This document shows positions 41,694 to 55,309 of a stretch of DNA of 64,000 bases, piece after piece. Location of the stretch: assembly GCF_001194135.2 (NCBI RefSeq), contig NC_068984.1, positions 38,937,444 through 39,001,443 on the forward strand. The letters run 5' to 3'. A model generated the notes under the pieces. That model ran no database searches and was not told the origin of the DNA. It saw nothing but the letters and a program-made list of their open reading frames with translations. The first letter of the stretch is position 1. Each line of letters opens with the position of its first letter. The translations under genes were made by a program, and so were the position numbers. Origin of the DNA: Octopus bimaculoides. Taxonomy: Eukaryota.

Positions 41694-42953
41694 ATTTAAG
41701 GGTTAATATGTAAAAAGCACCATTCTGGTGGCATGTAAAAAACACTATTTGAGTATGATCGTTGCCAGTGCTACCTGACTGGCTCTCGTGCTGGTGACAC
41801 GTAAAAAGCACCATTTGAGCATGGTCAATGCTAGTACCAGCTGACTGGCCCTCATGCCGGTGACACATAAAAAGCACCCACTACACTCTCAGAGTGGTTG
41901 GTTGGGAAGGCCATCCAGCTGTAGAAACTTTGCCAGATCGAATTGGAGCCTGGAACAGCCTTCTGGCTTGCCAGCCCTCAGTCAAACTGTCTAACCCATG
42001 CCAACATGGAAAGTGGACATTAAACGACAATGATGATGATGATGAATGATGTAACTTTAAATACCTTGCAATGTTGCAGCTTCTACGATAATTATTAACT
42101 GGTATTTGAATGTTAAATGTGTAAAATAAGATGATCTTAGTGTTATCACATTAGAATTAAAAGTGAAACTATTATATCACATTACAATATAGATGTTGTT
42201 GTTTCACTTTTGACACATAATACTGGACTAGTGTAAGAGATAAGAGATTGCTCTGGGCCCACATTAGGCAAGAAGTTGAAAGTTTTTTTTAGCCCATAAC
42301 ACTCCAGGGACCCTATCTAATGCATGCGTAAAATTTGAATGAAATTGGCCGGGTAGTTCTTGAGTGTGTGTGTGAGAGAGAGAGAGAGAATGCATATGCG
42401 TGTGTGTATGTGTGTTATAGTTGCAGGCATGGCAATGTGGTTGAAAAGCTTACTTCTCAACCATGTGGTTTCAGATTCAGAACTAATGTGTTGCACCCTT
42501 TAGCCCTAAGTATACTTTAGCCCCAAGTATACCAAAATCTTTGAGTGTATTTGGTAGTACTTTGTGTACACCACTTTTTAACATAGATACATTGTTTCCC
42601 CCAACACATTGTTAGAGGTGACTGAAAGGGCTGGCATCAGGCATGACACCAGGTCATAAGACACTGCCACTAAATGTTCTATCCACGTCATGCCAGCATT
42701 GAAAACCCAAACATAAAAATGATTATGATGACAATGATGATGATGATGATGATAATAATGAGGAGGAGGATGTTGTACAAGCACTCAGCTCTGAGTGCAC
42801 TACTTCTTATAGTAGAAACAACTATAAGCTAATGAAAGTAATGAAAGATTACATCACTCCTATTCTTTTGTCATTCATTAATTGATATTATGCTCTATTC
42901 TTTCCTAATGCATTCTAAAGCATAAGTATATTGAGTTCTATGTCTTAGTGAAA

Positions 42954-42995
<42 letters not shown>

Positions 42996-44803
42996 GCACG
43001 CACACTCGCACACACACATAAACACACAGACAATAAAATTGCGGTACATACAAGCACATGCTGCTGCTCTCCACTCACCACTATCTTTAAGATATAATCT
43101 ATAAGTGCTAGTTAAAAAAAAAATCAATCATTGTTAGAGAAAATGACCTGAAACAGCATGTTCCAAATAAATACACAATAATAGGAAAATCTATTCAGGA
43201 ACACCTACACTAAATTGACAAAACTATGTCATAATGACAGATATGAATATAAACTGTAACCTACATTAGCAACTCGAGCAAGAAAAAGTTAGAGGTCAAA
43301 TTATCCAGTTTTAGGGTGGAGGACCTTAAAGGTCCTCCACCTTGAAAAATAACAGTTATTATATTAATGAAAAACAATACATTAGTATGAAAGATAATAT
43401 AAAGTATAATTAAATATTCTGATATACTTAAGTTTATCAGAATATTTAATTATTGTGATGAGTTAATATGAACTGTTTGAGTGGGCAAAATATTCAGCAA
43501 TCTGCTAATGGTTTGTAAGCTCATATCTGCAGCAAGCATTTCTGTGTTTCTAACAAGGTATTTCATTTTACATCAAGAGTAGGTATTTCATGTTTTCCAG
43601 ATTCATAAGTAAAAGACTAACCAGTCCTCAAAGTAAGTGTTGACATGCTTATACGGATGTTGAAGAAAAATAGCTCTTGTTGCAATTGGTTCAAATCATC
43701 TCAAGGAATTGCTGAAAAGCTTGAGTGAATATAGACCTTCTACCATTGGTGAATGAAATTTGTTGTCAGCTATGCTAAAAACACCACAACAGAATAAAGA
43801 ATGTGTCCAGGTTTCTGTGACTAATGCAATTAATTTTAGCTCTTTTAACTAAGAGTTAAAAAGTGAACTTTGTATAAACTTTGGGCATTCAAAAACTAAT
43901 TTGTATTTGGATTTAAGCCTATCATGATTCATAGGGGATTGTGTATTGTTCTTATTTAGTTTCCTGGAACTTTTCATTGCTGCCCTTTATAGACCAGCTA
44001 GCATCCCTTTCTGTGTCTGTTTATTATTGCATAAGCTAAAACTCACATGTGGTGCTATGTCAGAGGCTTATGTAACAGATGTATGTCACTGATATATGCA
44101 ATGAATTCTGCAGTTATTAGTATTAATAACAGATTATGTAAACTTTGTGGGACAGTGTGATATGCACCAAATGAATCAACAGAAGAAAAGAGTTATTTCT
44201 CAAAGATTTTATTTTCTTGTCAATTTGTTATTAGGAACAGTATACTGTTTCACAGTGGTAGAGGGGTGCTAGTATTGACATGATTTGCACACTTGATAGT
44301 ATTTGTGTCAGCTGTTGAAGTTAGAAAGATAAAGGTGTACTAGAAAGAGAAATGTGTAGCATCTAAAAGCAAAAGCAAACTGTTCTAGAATATTTGGAGT
44401 AGGCATGCTCCCCAGACAAGGTGTCAGGTGAAAAAGAGAGGCATTTTCCTCCAGCAAATGCTGGATACCAAGAGCAAGGTGCTCTTTCAGTGTGGTGCCA
44501 GATGAAAGAGGAAGAATTTTATTTAGTATTCTATATTAATACATGTTGAAAGTTGGATGCAAGTCAGAGAACAAAAGAAGGTAAATGCATTTATTTCTCT
44601 TGAACTGGCTTTAACATTAGATGTTTAGGAAAACAATAAAACTTATTTAAGTATAACAGTATTAATGCCAAGAACAATGGAAGGGAGTTTACAGAAAAAT
44701 CTTGATTGAGTTTTTGATTCCTGACTAAGAATCTAGGAAACAATCTTTTTCACATATATCAGGTAAACCAGAATGAATTGAATAAACGATTTTTCATGCT
44801 TAA

Positions 44804-45008
44804 CCCTTTAGTGTTTAGATTATTCTGTTAAATGTATTCCTTATTTATTTATGTTGTTTCGAATTACTCATGCATTATCTCATCTTCAAGATTTTAATGA
44901 TGTAGTTTATTTTTAGAATGACATTTTAGGGTAAATGTGAGAGGCCAGATCTGGCCTGTTTGAACATAAAGCAGGTAGAATATTTTGGCTGGTTTAAATG
45001 CTAAAGGA
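44804..45008. mobile_element. TTAA-flanked MITE; partial second copy at about 46995-47145
   Basis: TTAA at 44800-44803 and 45009-45012; TIR ccctttagtgttta / taaatgctaaagga. Confidence 0.75.
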
Positions 45009-45149
45009 TTAACTTTATCAGAGGCTGACTGGTATGTGTATATCTAGGTAGAACTCGAGAAGATTAATCTAACTAGTTTGGGTTTGGATCCCAGTTGACC
45101 AAGAAGGAGAATATTTTTTTGAGGATCACAAAGTCCTTGGATGTGTAAC

Positions 45150-45399
45150 AGTATCCAAGAACATTTGTACTGGCAATGCCAGTGCTTGACTACATCGTAT
45201 GATGGTGCATCATCACCATAAACTTCTTTCATCTCATCGAAAGCCTCTTTTGGTGTACGACCTTTCAAGCATAAGAACCTGATCACTGATCTGCATTCAA
45301 CTGCCTCCATTACAACATCTCAGTCCATTTCAGCAATGTAGAGATATGTATGATTATACCGGAAGTGGGTCAGGATAAATCTTTAATGAACACCCCTCG
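45150..45399 (-). mobile_element. Mariner 5' fragment (TIR plus N-terminal HTH)
   Basis: TA|CGAGGGGTG terminus at 45401-45391; MEAVECRSVIRFLCLKGRTPKEAFDEMKEVYGDDAPSYDVVKHW. Confidence 0.85.
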
Positions 45400-45559
45400 T
45401 AGTTATAATGAATGTATATAAATATCATCTCATGTGTCAGACATTACAGCTACCACTGTGATTACATCACAGATCTTTTTAAGCAATTATATACACACAG
45501 GTTTCTGTGTATACACACAATACACAAATGCATCCACACGTATATATGTATACATACAT

Positions 45560-45591
<32 letters not shown>

Positions 45592-47236
45592 TACATATAC
45601 ATATGTGTGTGTAATTATCCCTTTAAGAGATTAATATATCCTCTAATTAGCTTATATAGGCACACAATTTGTCTGCACAGTGAACTGTGTGTATTCCAAA
45701 AATATACTTCAGTTTTAGTATATACTACTTTTCTTCTTAACATATATATGTATGTAAACAGATTTGTTTGCATATACACTTATACATTATTCAGAAAAAT
45801 ATTTCATTATATCTTATCTGTTTAACGAGCATTCAAATGTGAGGCATTTTCGTTTTGCTTTTTTTGTGTGTGTGTGTGTTTTGCAGTTGTATAGAAGGAT
45901 AAACAGGATAAAATTGCCATGGTTTCATTGNNNNNNNNNNNNNNNNNNNNNNNNNACTATGCAACAAAATTGGTCGCCATTCTAAAATACAGATGTGCCC
46001 TGAAAATCACGTCTGCTATTTATGTACTAAACCTGAACTCTTTTCAAAATAGATGGGTTGAATGCAGTAAATTTCGTATTTCTATCTGCCTTCATTAACT
46101 CTTGGAGATCTCAGGTCAAAAATTGGCACACTACGATTCTGTGATGGATGGGGTCTGAGAAATGGTCCAACTATTAAACTGTCTCTTCAGTGCCTAGTCT
46201 GTGTTTTCCATCACCAATGCTGTCAAACATTCTGTTACACATGATATAATTACTACTTGTGTATCTGAGGAAATTAGTGATAGACAGGCATTTACTGGCA
46301 ACACATCAGTTGCAAATAACTACTAAATTTCTAAGCCAGGATGTGAAACCAAATCCACATTTTACCTAAAAGTTCTCTGTCTACTGGTTTCATCTGTTGC
46401 ACTAGGAAATTTTGGGCAGAAAACTAACCTCTTAACCTTTTTGAGTGGGTCAAAGCTTATACAGAGAAAAAATCCTTTGATTGGCCTGACCTAATTTAGT
46501 TAGGAAGAATATGAATATGCAACCAAAAGTCAGTTCTTTCTCTTTGGTCCCTTGGCTGCTGGTCAGAGAGTATCTCTCTTTCTCACTTTGAGTGTGGCCT
46601 TTCATTGTGCAACAACACAATTCTTAATCTTTCTATCTACCTAGATTCTCTTTTTCTCTTTCTAGTAATTACCCACAAATCAAGCTAACTATGCACAGAA
46701 TGCTGTTTACCACAACAGCTCAAAGTAGTTGTAACTTACTTTGTAACAATTACGATGATAAACAAAAGTCCTTTCAACTAACAATTAATATCTTCTCTCA
46801 TTTATTCGATGCATATTATCGTTACACATGATCATTATAATTACTGACCTCTGATGTTTATAAACTATTAAGATTGGATCTTACTCTTAACTGTAACAAA
46901 TTGGTGATGCTAACATGTACACATATACAATGTTGCACTTAACGATTACAAATTGGTAATGCCAATGTGCAAATATATTTATTGACAATGCTTTGAATTA
47001 CTCACGCATTATCTCAACTTAAAGATTTTAATGATGTGGCAGTTTATTTTTAGAATGACATTTTCGGGTAAATGTGAGAGGCTAGATCTGGCCTGTTTGA
47101 ACATAAAGCAGGTAGAATATTTTGGCTGGTTTAAATGCTAAAGGATTAACTTTATCAGAGGCTGACTGGTATGTGTATATCTAGGTAGAACTCGAGAAGA
47201 TTAATCTAACTAGTCTGGGTTTGGATCCCAGTTGAC

Positions 47237-48840
47237 AGGGTCCCTCGATCCTTTATCTGGTGGGTGATGCAGAAACTGGAAATTGATGAATGGTTAATAA
47301 GGGCTGTACAGGCCCTATACAGAAATGCTATTAGTAAGATTAGGGTTGGCAATGAGTATAGTGAAGAATTCCAGGTAGAAGTAGGGATCCACCAAAGATC
47401 AGCTCTCAGCCCCCTCTTATTCATCATAGTCCTCCAGGCAATAACAGAAGAATTCAAGACAGGTTGCCCTGGGAGCTTCTCTATGCTGATGACCTGGCCC
47501 TCATAGCAGAATCACTACCAGAACTAGAGAAGAAATTTCAGGTGTGGAAGCAAGGTTTAAAGTCGAAGGGCCTTAGAGTTAATGTTGCAAAGACCAAAGT
47601 TCTAGTAAGTAGGAAGGTGAACACATCACACACTCCTTAAAGTAGGTGGCCCTGCTCGATCTGTAGAAAAGGTGTAGGTAGAAACTCCATAAGATAGGTG
47701 CAGCAACATCAAAACAAGATTAATGGAAGATAGCTTTCGTGTGCAGCAGATGCACAGGGGCAATAAACACCACAGACGCTCAGAAAATTGATTCCATCAC
47801 ATGCTAGGGGGAAAAACTAAAAGTAGTTGATAGCTTCCACTACCTAGGTGACTAAGTCTGTAGTGGGGGTGGATGCTCTGAGAGCATTGCCACTAGAATA
47901 AGAATTGCCTGGGCAAAGTTCAGACAGCTTCTACCCCTGCTGGTGACAAAGGGCCTCTCACTCAGAATGGAAGGTAGATTGTACGATGCATGTGTGCAAA
48001 CTACCATGCTTCATGGCAGTGGAACATGGGCAGTGACTGCTAAAGACATGCATAGGCTCGAAAGAAATGAAGCTAGCATGATCCGCTGAATGTGTAATGT
48101 CAGTGTGCACACACAACAGAGTGTAAGTGCTCTGAGAGAAATGTTGGACATAAGTAGCATTGGATGTGGCGTGTAAGAGAGACGTTTGCGTTGGTATGAT
48201 CATGTACTACGGATGGATGAGGAGAGCTGTGTGAAGTGCCACTCCCAAACAGTGGAAGGAATCCAGGGTAGAAGGAGACCCAGGAAGACATGGGATGCGG
48301 TGGTCAAGCATGACCTTCAAACGTTGGGCCTCTGTGAGGCAATGGCAAACGACCAAGACCTCTGGAGATATGCTGTGACTGCAAAGACCCGACAAATAAA
48401 GTGAGTTCACGCCTGTATCCTACACTAGTGTTGCATAACCAGCCCACTCAAAATGTACCTTTGGATTGGAGGATGATATGCTGTGCTTGAGGAGACCTAG
48501 TGACTCAAGTACACCAAATCACAATCAAATGGAAATTGTAGTTGCGGTCCCTGTACCAGTGGCATGCAAAAAGCACCATCCGAATGTGGCCGATGCCAGC
48601 CTCGCCCCTGTGCCAGTGGCATGTAAAACGCACCATCCGATTGTGGTCGATGCCAGTCCCCTCTGGCCCGTAGAAAGCACCCACTACATTCTCGGAGTGG
48701 TTGGCATCCAGCTGTAAAAGCACTGCCAGATCAGACTGGAGCCTGGTGCAGCCTCCTGGCTTCTCAGACTCCAGTCGAACTGTCCAACCCATGCCAGCAT
48801 GGAAAACAGATGTTAAACGATGATGATGATGATGATGATA
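47237..48840 (+). mobile_element. 5'-truncated RTE LINE (RT C-half, 3' UTR, (GAT)n tail)
   Basis: DRVPRS..., VGIHQRSALSPLLFIIVLQ, YADD-encoding ctatgctgatgac, LRWYDHVLRM, GRRRPRKTW; tail ends at about 48838. Confidence 0.92.
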
Positions 48841-50445
48841 CTTTATATCAACATACAGAATCAAATTTGAGGAAAACTTCAGGGAATATAGTTATATACG
48901 CAAGGCTGCACTCTTTATTTTCTTTAAGAAAAACTTCTTTTATTCCAGAAAATGTGATATAATAGATGTTTTACAAAGAATTATAGTTGCATATAAACGA
49001 GACAGCAATCTAATTTATCAGCCCTACATCACATTGAAATTAACAGCTCATGATTATTGTTTTTCCAATTAGTTTTCTTCACTCAAAGTGAACCAATTTT
49101 CACATTCATAACTAGTATAACATTTTATATATACACTTTCTTCCAAACCAACTTAAAAAAAAGCTATAGGTCACCAGCTGCTGAAAAATAGAAATATTTG
49201 CTGGCAGAAAATAAGCAGGTCTTGCATACTATATTGAGATCTTGGGGGTAGCCAGTGAAGATCTATTTGATAAAACATATGCATATATATATTTAGGGAA
49301 CTATTTTGTGTCTTTCTTGTTCACCTGTCTTTTGTACATTTTAAATCTTCTTTGTTACTGTGACCTGACCCCAGTTCCAATAATAACCTCAATATTTAAA
49401 TGTGATGTGATCTAAGCATAATGGTCTTCCAGAAAGCAGAACTTAATGTGATTTACAATGTTTTCAAATAAAGTATAGCAATATCATCTCTTTTATGAAT
49501 ACAGTATAGCTCAGTCTTCATAACTAGTTGAAAGCTTTTGAAATTTTCTGTTATATCTTTTGCAAAAAGGTTTGATCTGACAATCAAAAGTCAGAATTAG
49601 TGTTACATTATGATAGAGTAATTTTGACATTTTAGTATATACATATATACATGTACTATTGCATTCACTTTTAGTATTCTTTTTATCAATAGTATATAGT
49701 ATTAATTATTATTCATCAAAAAACAGTACATTTAATGACTGACACTCCACTGTACTATTAAATATTTGATAAAAGGAGTGAAATGAAGCTGACTCATGAA
49801 TAATTACAAAAATGATACTTTATAGTTTACATAGTAATCTATATACATTTTGAGCTGACTAGAATTAAAATAATAAAAAAATAAACTAGAATTTTATAAG
49901 GTTGCAATATAGAAAAATTATTAAAAGGAAACTAAACAAAATTAAAAATTTAATATAAAATTGAAAGTTCATAATGAATAAGTTTAAGGCAGTATACACA
50001 ATAACAAGGATATTTTATAGCAAAAATATATTAGTTATCATGTAGTAACTATTAAAATGTTGGTGCTAAAGTATGTTGTTGCTGAAGTAAGCTAAGCTGA
50101 TAGTCACTAACCAAATATTTGTTAACATATTTTTAGTTTAACTTTGGTAAAATAGTTTCTTCTGTAACACTGCATTGCCTTTGTTATACTATATAAAAAT
50201 ATTAATTTAAAATCTATGACATGACTGTATAGTTAAGAAGCTTGTTTTCCAACAATGTGGTTTTGGGTTCAGTCTCTGTGTAGCACTTTAAGCATGCATT
50301 TTCTTCTATTAATCCAGACTGACCGAAGCCTTGTGAATGAATTTGTTACACAGAAACTGAAGGAAGTCTGTCTTCTAAGTGTGTGTGTGTGCATGTTTTC
50401 CCCTTGTCTTGACATCACATGATCGTTGTAAGCAAGTATCACCAC

Positions 50446-50714
50446 GAAGTAGTTGTATGCTGTCAACTTAATGTGACAGTCCCCTGAAGGGAATAATACT
50501 ACTGTTGGTTAGACCTAGGAAGCTGCACTGCTTCCTGTCGGCCTTGATACATTTCCTGTGTCCTTATGTTTACAAGGGGAAGACAAGCACCTCCACCCTT
50601 GTAGACATAAGGACACAGGAAATGTGTCAAGGCTGATAAGAAGCGGTGCAACCAACAGTAATATTATTCCCTTCAGGGGACTGTCACATTAAGTTGACAG
50701 CATACAACTACTTC
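50446..50714. repeat. 269-bp near-perfect inverted repeat (fold-back element)
   Basis: Outer arms of 64 bp with one mismatch; inner arms of about 55 bp with a few mismatches; one-sided 14-nt bulge and about 11-nt loop. Confidence 0.95.
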
Positions 50715-52559
50715 ATTGTATCACTACTGCATAAATCTCTCTGAGAGATTTAGAAATGTATTATTTCTAAAAGTATCACCACATTGCTCATGTCCAATCT
50801 TCTATGAAAAACACATTTGGTCACGGGGAAATAGTACCTTGCTTGGAAGCAGATAAAGGTTAGTGACAAGAAGAGTATTGGGCTGTAGAAATCTAACTAA
50901 ATGAATCCTGACTGGCCCACACAAGCATAGAAAAGTGGATATTATAATGATGATGATGAATATGTTGTCAGTCAAGTCAATCAATTTGTACAATAATTGA
51001 GAAATAGTGGAGATAATGTAGAGAATATTTCACAACTAATTTACATTAAGAAAAAAGCAGAGTTGCTGTCGAGTTTTATTTGAAACTTGGGTTCTTAACT
51101 GCAGAAAGTACATGCAGTTGTGAAAAGATAAGTCTCAACATTATGCAAATAACCAAATATTAAAAATGCTTCCCTCTTATGCTAACATTGATATACAAAC
51201 AGAACAGTATATGAAGTAGAAAATAATTGCCCTATTTCAAACCATATTGAAAATGTATACTGGTGATTACCAAACAAAGAAATGCAAAAGAAGAAAAGTT
51301 ACAGGAAATAAACTAAAACAGGTTTTCCTCAATGAATTATTTCAAATAATTAAAACAGTGTAATATTAAAAATGACAAAGCAAGAGTAACACAGCAACAC
51401 ATAATTGTACCAGTTTTGTTGTTAGGAAAAAAAAAAAACCCAAACATACACCAAAAATTTAGAGAAGAAAAAATTTTATGAAGCAATGTGTTATATGTTG
51501 GACACTTTTAATTGAAAGACGAATATATAGTTCTTTAATTGGTTTGAACAATTGTGGGGCTGGTCATGCTGGAGCACCACCACAAATACATGAATAAATT
51601 ATAAAACACGACTATTTAGCTGAAAATAATGCAACGATGAAATATGACATGATAAATTGATTTCACTGGTTAAACATTTTCAACGTAAAACTAGTAATGT
51701 TTCACATTTGAGTTTGTATTATAGCTTCAAAATTATAAATGTATATAGCTTTCTAAAGAAACAAAGCCTTAAGAAAGGAAATTCAAACTACATCATTGTA
51801 ATTTTATATATGAACGAGTGTATGTGCATGTGTGTGTAAGAGAGAGATGGTTAAGTAAACAAGTTCAGAAAAAGCTTTTGTGTTTGCAAATAGTTTTAAA
51901 CTGAAACCTTTAAAGTTTTAACTTAATTTTCAGAACATAAGGTTTCTGTACAAGTAGCATTCATTAAAAATAAGAGATTAACGAGCAAAAGCTAATGTAA
52001 ATAGAATAAGGCATTCAGGTGTTTACCTATGAATTATTGAGAGTTCATTTTTCACATCAAATTATAAGTAATGCTTAACTGGAATTATATGTTGAGGCTG
52101 ATATTGGTGCTGCTTATTAAAGTGTTGTCTCACAATTCTTTCAGAAATAGTTTCTAAAGAATGCCTAGGAAGAAAAATGAAGTAAAATTTGCTAATAATA
52201 CCAAGTTTTATCTTCCTTTTTTTGAAATTTATAAATAGTATAAGTCACTGATAGATCTAATGGTCAGATTTCATAGAAAAAAATAAATAGTTCGGAATCC
52301 ATATAAAAGTTTGGGTATATTTAGAGACGAGCAATGGGAAAGACAAGGGTCTTGCATAGAAAATTAAAGGAGCAAATGGAAAAAAAACATTCTTGTAATA
52401 TATGTGTGTGTGTATTTATATCCAAGTTAACATAGATATCTTGTTAGAGCACCAAATACAAGGCTTAATAATGATGTATTCAGTGTAGTAAGAAGGCATC
52501 CATATTTAGCTGGATATAAAGATTATCTTTTGGCATTAATACTGCTTCTGTCACTCATA

Positions 52560-52604
<45 letters not shown>

Positions 52605-52635
52605 NNNNNNNNNNNNNNNNNNNNNNNATATATAC

Positions 52636-52669
<34 letters not shown>

Positions 52670-53232
52670 TTCGACTGGGTGAAACCTAATGACATTTGAG
52701 GACAAAATTAGGGAGGGGAGTTAATTATTTAATTACTGTAAGGCTTGACGAATTAAACTTTAATATTCAGAGCCGATTCATGCACAACAACGTGGCTCAG
52801 CCTGCAATGTAGATATCACAAGCAGATAACATAAAATATTGTTGCTGATTGGGTTTTACAAGTTTATTCTTTTACTAATCCTAATCTACAGATATTCACA
52901 AGGTATTTTAAGGATTGAAGCTGCAGTCACATCATTGGCAAATATAATGCACATAATCTGTGGTAGTGCTGAAAAGGACTTTCATCCACTCAAGAGAGGC
53001 ATGTGTATGAGTGTATGTGCATGCATATATACACACAATACACACACCATGTTTTCAAAGCTGAGTCAACACAAGTCTCTATTCAGAGTTATCCCTTGAA
53101 TGGAGAATAAGAACAAGAAACTGAGTAGTAACTGGTGCAAACTCAACTTTGAACTAATTGATTCTACTCTCCTTTAAAAGATACGTTTTTCATACCAGTG
53201 TGAACCCATAACCATGTATATATAACAGACAG

Positions 53233-53266
<34 letters not shown>

Positions 53267-53685
53267 ATGAGATGGTACAGAATATAAAATAAAGCAATAT
53301 AAATAGACAAAGAAATAGAATATTGTCGAGAAACATTTTAATAAAACAACAACATGCTTTCCCAATATTTCCTGAGTATTATTTAAGGAATCAAACTTGT
53401 TGCAGAGCACATTTATTCTGGCACCTATCAACTTAGACCACTTTCTAATATTTTGGTTGGTCAGCCATTCCTTTATATAGGACAATCTTGGCTCATAGAT
53501 TCTTTTGGTAAGACTACAGAAGAGTCTCCTATAAGACAGAAATTTAGGAGGAAAAATAAGTGAGGAAAACAAGATTGTTGAATTCGAATTAATAATTCTT
53601 TGTGTTTGCTATAAAAAAGTACTTTTCTGTTTGGAAGAAATTTTTCTAGCAGTGTAAAGATTATATTAAATGTTTAGCACTAGTG

Positions 53686-53835
53686 TCAAGAAGTCAGTTT
53701 CTGTGGAACTTTGCCATCAACAATTGCTTTGACATCATCTGAGTCTAAAGTTTCATACTTCATAAGGGCTTGAGCGATAGCTTTGTGTTCTGTACTGTGA
53801 GTTTTCATGATATGTCGTGCTCGGTCATAAGATTC
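53686..53835 (-). CDS. YME1L1: YME1L1 last coding exon (ESYDRARHIMKTHSTEHKAIAQALMKYETLDSDDVKAIVDGKVPQKLTS*)
   Basis: Acceptor ttcttggcag, phase 0; resembles human DSYERAKHILKTHAKEHKNLAEALLTYETLD; TGA at 53688-53686. Confidence 0.95.
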   Translation of the reverse strand, partial: ESYDRARHIMKTHSTEHKAIAQALMKYETLDSDDVKAIVDGKVPQKLTS

Positions 53836-54234
53836 CTGCCAAGAAAATAATATAATTATACAATAAAATTTTTTAAAATACAGTATTTACATATTCATTT
53901 ACTACACATAGACGTGCATCTATATTCTTAAACTTTGTTTTGACCACTTATACACTTCTCCGTTCATTCTGTCTTGTACTTTCCGTCTTTCTCACTATTT
54001 TTTGTTTTTGGTCATTAGATCTTATATACATACATCAATAACATAGGCTAGTATATTTACAGTAGCACAACATGCTTCTTGGACAGTTAATATGGTTGTT
54101 AGTGATATAACAAGGTGTAAATAGAAATTATTTTTGTCACTGATGAACAGTACAACAGTCAAATATGGAAAATATGAGTATCTGACAATTATAGTAAGTA
54201 GTCCTCTATGGAGCAGAAATGTAACTCCTCTCAA

Positions 54235-54645
54235 AGACCCTGGCAAAGAAGATCAATGACTTTGATAGTAGAGTCCTGAGAACCATTGAAAACATCAGAT
54301 GGTACCATCACGTTTCCAACAAAGAACTGCATGCATCAGCCTGCAGCCTCCCACCTCATAGCTATCTGTTGCATGCGCTGGTACGGACATGTCCTCCATC
54401 TGTTAGATCATCCTACCAGGGCTTTACTCTCATATGATACAGTATAGCCTCATGGCAGGCTCTGCATGAAATGGTTAGATGTGATTGGGGAAGATCTCCA
54501 GAGGCTCAACTTTGGAGGATACAGAGGAGCTGACACAGGACTACCAGCGACGGAGAGCACTGGTGGGCCAGGTTGGCTCTATGCATGATGAAGTCTCTGG
54601 GACCACTAATTTGGATGACCCTCAACGTCATCAAGCAAGCAGTAC
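54235..54645 (+). mobile_element. RTE LINE 3' fragment in the last YME1L1 intron (antisense to host)
   Basis: cgctggtacggacatgtcctcc (RWYGHVL) and aaatggttagatgtgattggggaagatctc (KWLDVIGEDL). Confidence 0.65.
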
Positions 54646-55309
54646 AACAATCTTTAATTATCATCTAAGAATGACTATTATGTTACAACATAAAGAGAAG
54701 TTTTTCTCTTTGACATACACAACAGCAACTAGCATATTTTGCATCTGAACCTGCCAAGATGTATTAAGAATAGATATGTGAATACTGTTCCTGATCTCGC
54801 TGTATATGGAGTAAACAATGATTTTATATGATACAACTATTCAATAACTATGTGAAGTTATTTTATAGTTCTATGTTTTAGAAAAAATTTCTTTACATGG
54901 TACAACTTTGATAGTCACATGGTAAAATATTTCTGACATGAATACCTCAGACTGAAAATAGTTTAACATGGGTATAGTTGAGTATAATGAACCTCATTTT
55001 CACTTGTCCTTATCTTATTGATCTCAAAAAGAAGAATGTCAGTCAACATGGCTGGCATTGCATTTCAAATATAAAGGGACATAGCCAAATATTTCAAGGT
55101 AATTAAATTTTCTACTCATTCTGCTAGTCACTGTTTAACAAAAACATTTATATATTTCCTAAACTGTAAGCTAAGTTATTTTTTCTTGATACTTAAACCA
55201 CTATTCTATCCATGAACACAAACAGTATTTTAAAATCATAAGAACAAAATATGAAATAAAACCAAGAAGTTAAAATATGTTTTGTAATTCTGACATATGT
55301 CAGTCTTAC

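Noticed and set aside
42578-42784. His-rich ORFs (also 48505-48864 and 12618-12899)
   Set aside because: Derived from (GAT)n/(CAT)n retroposon tails.
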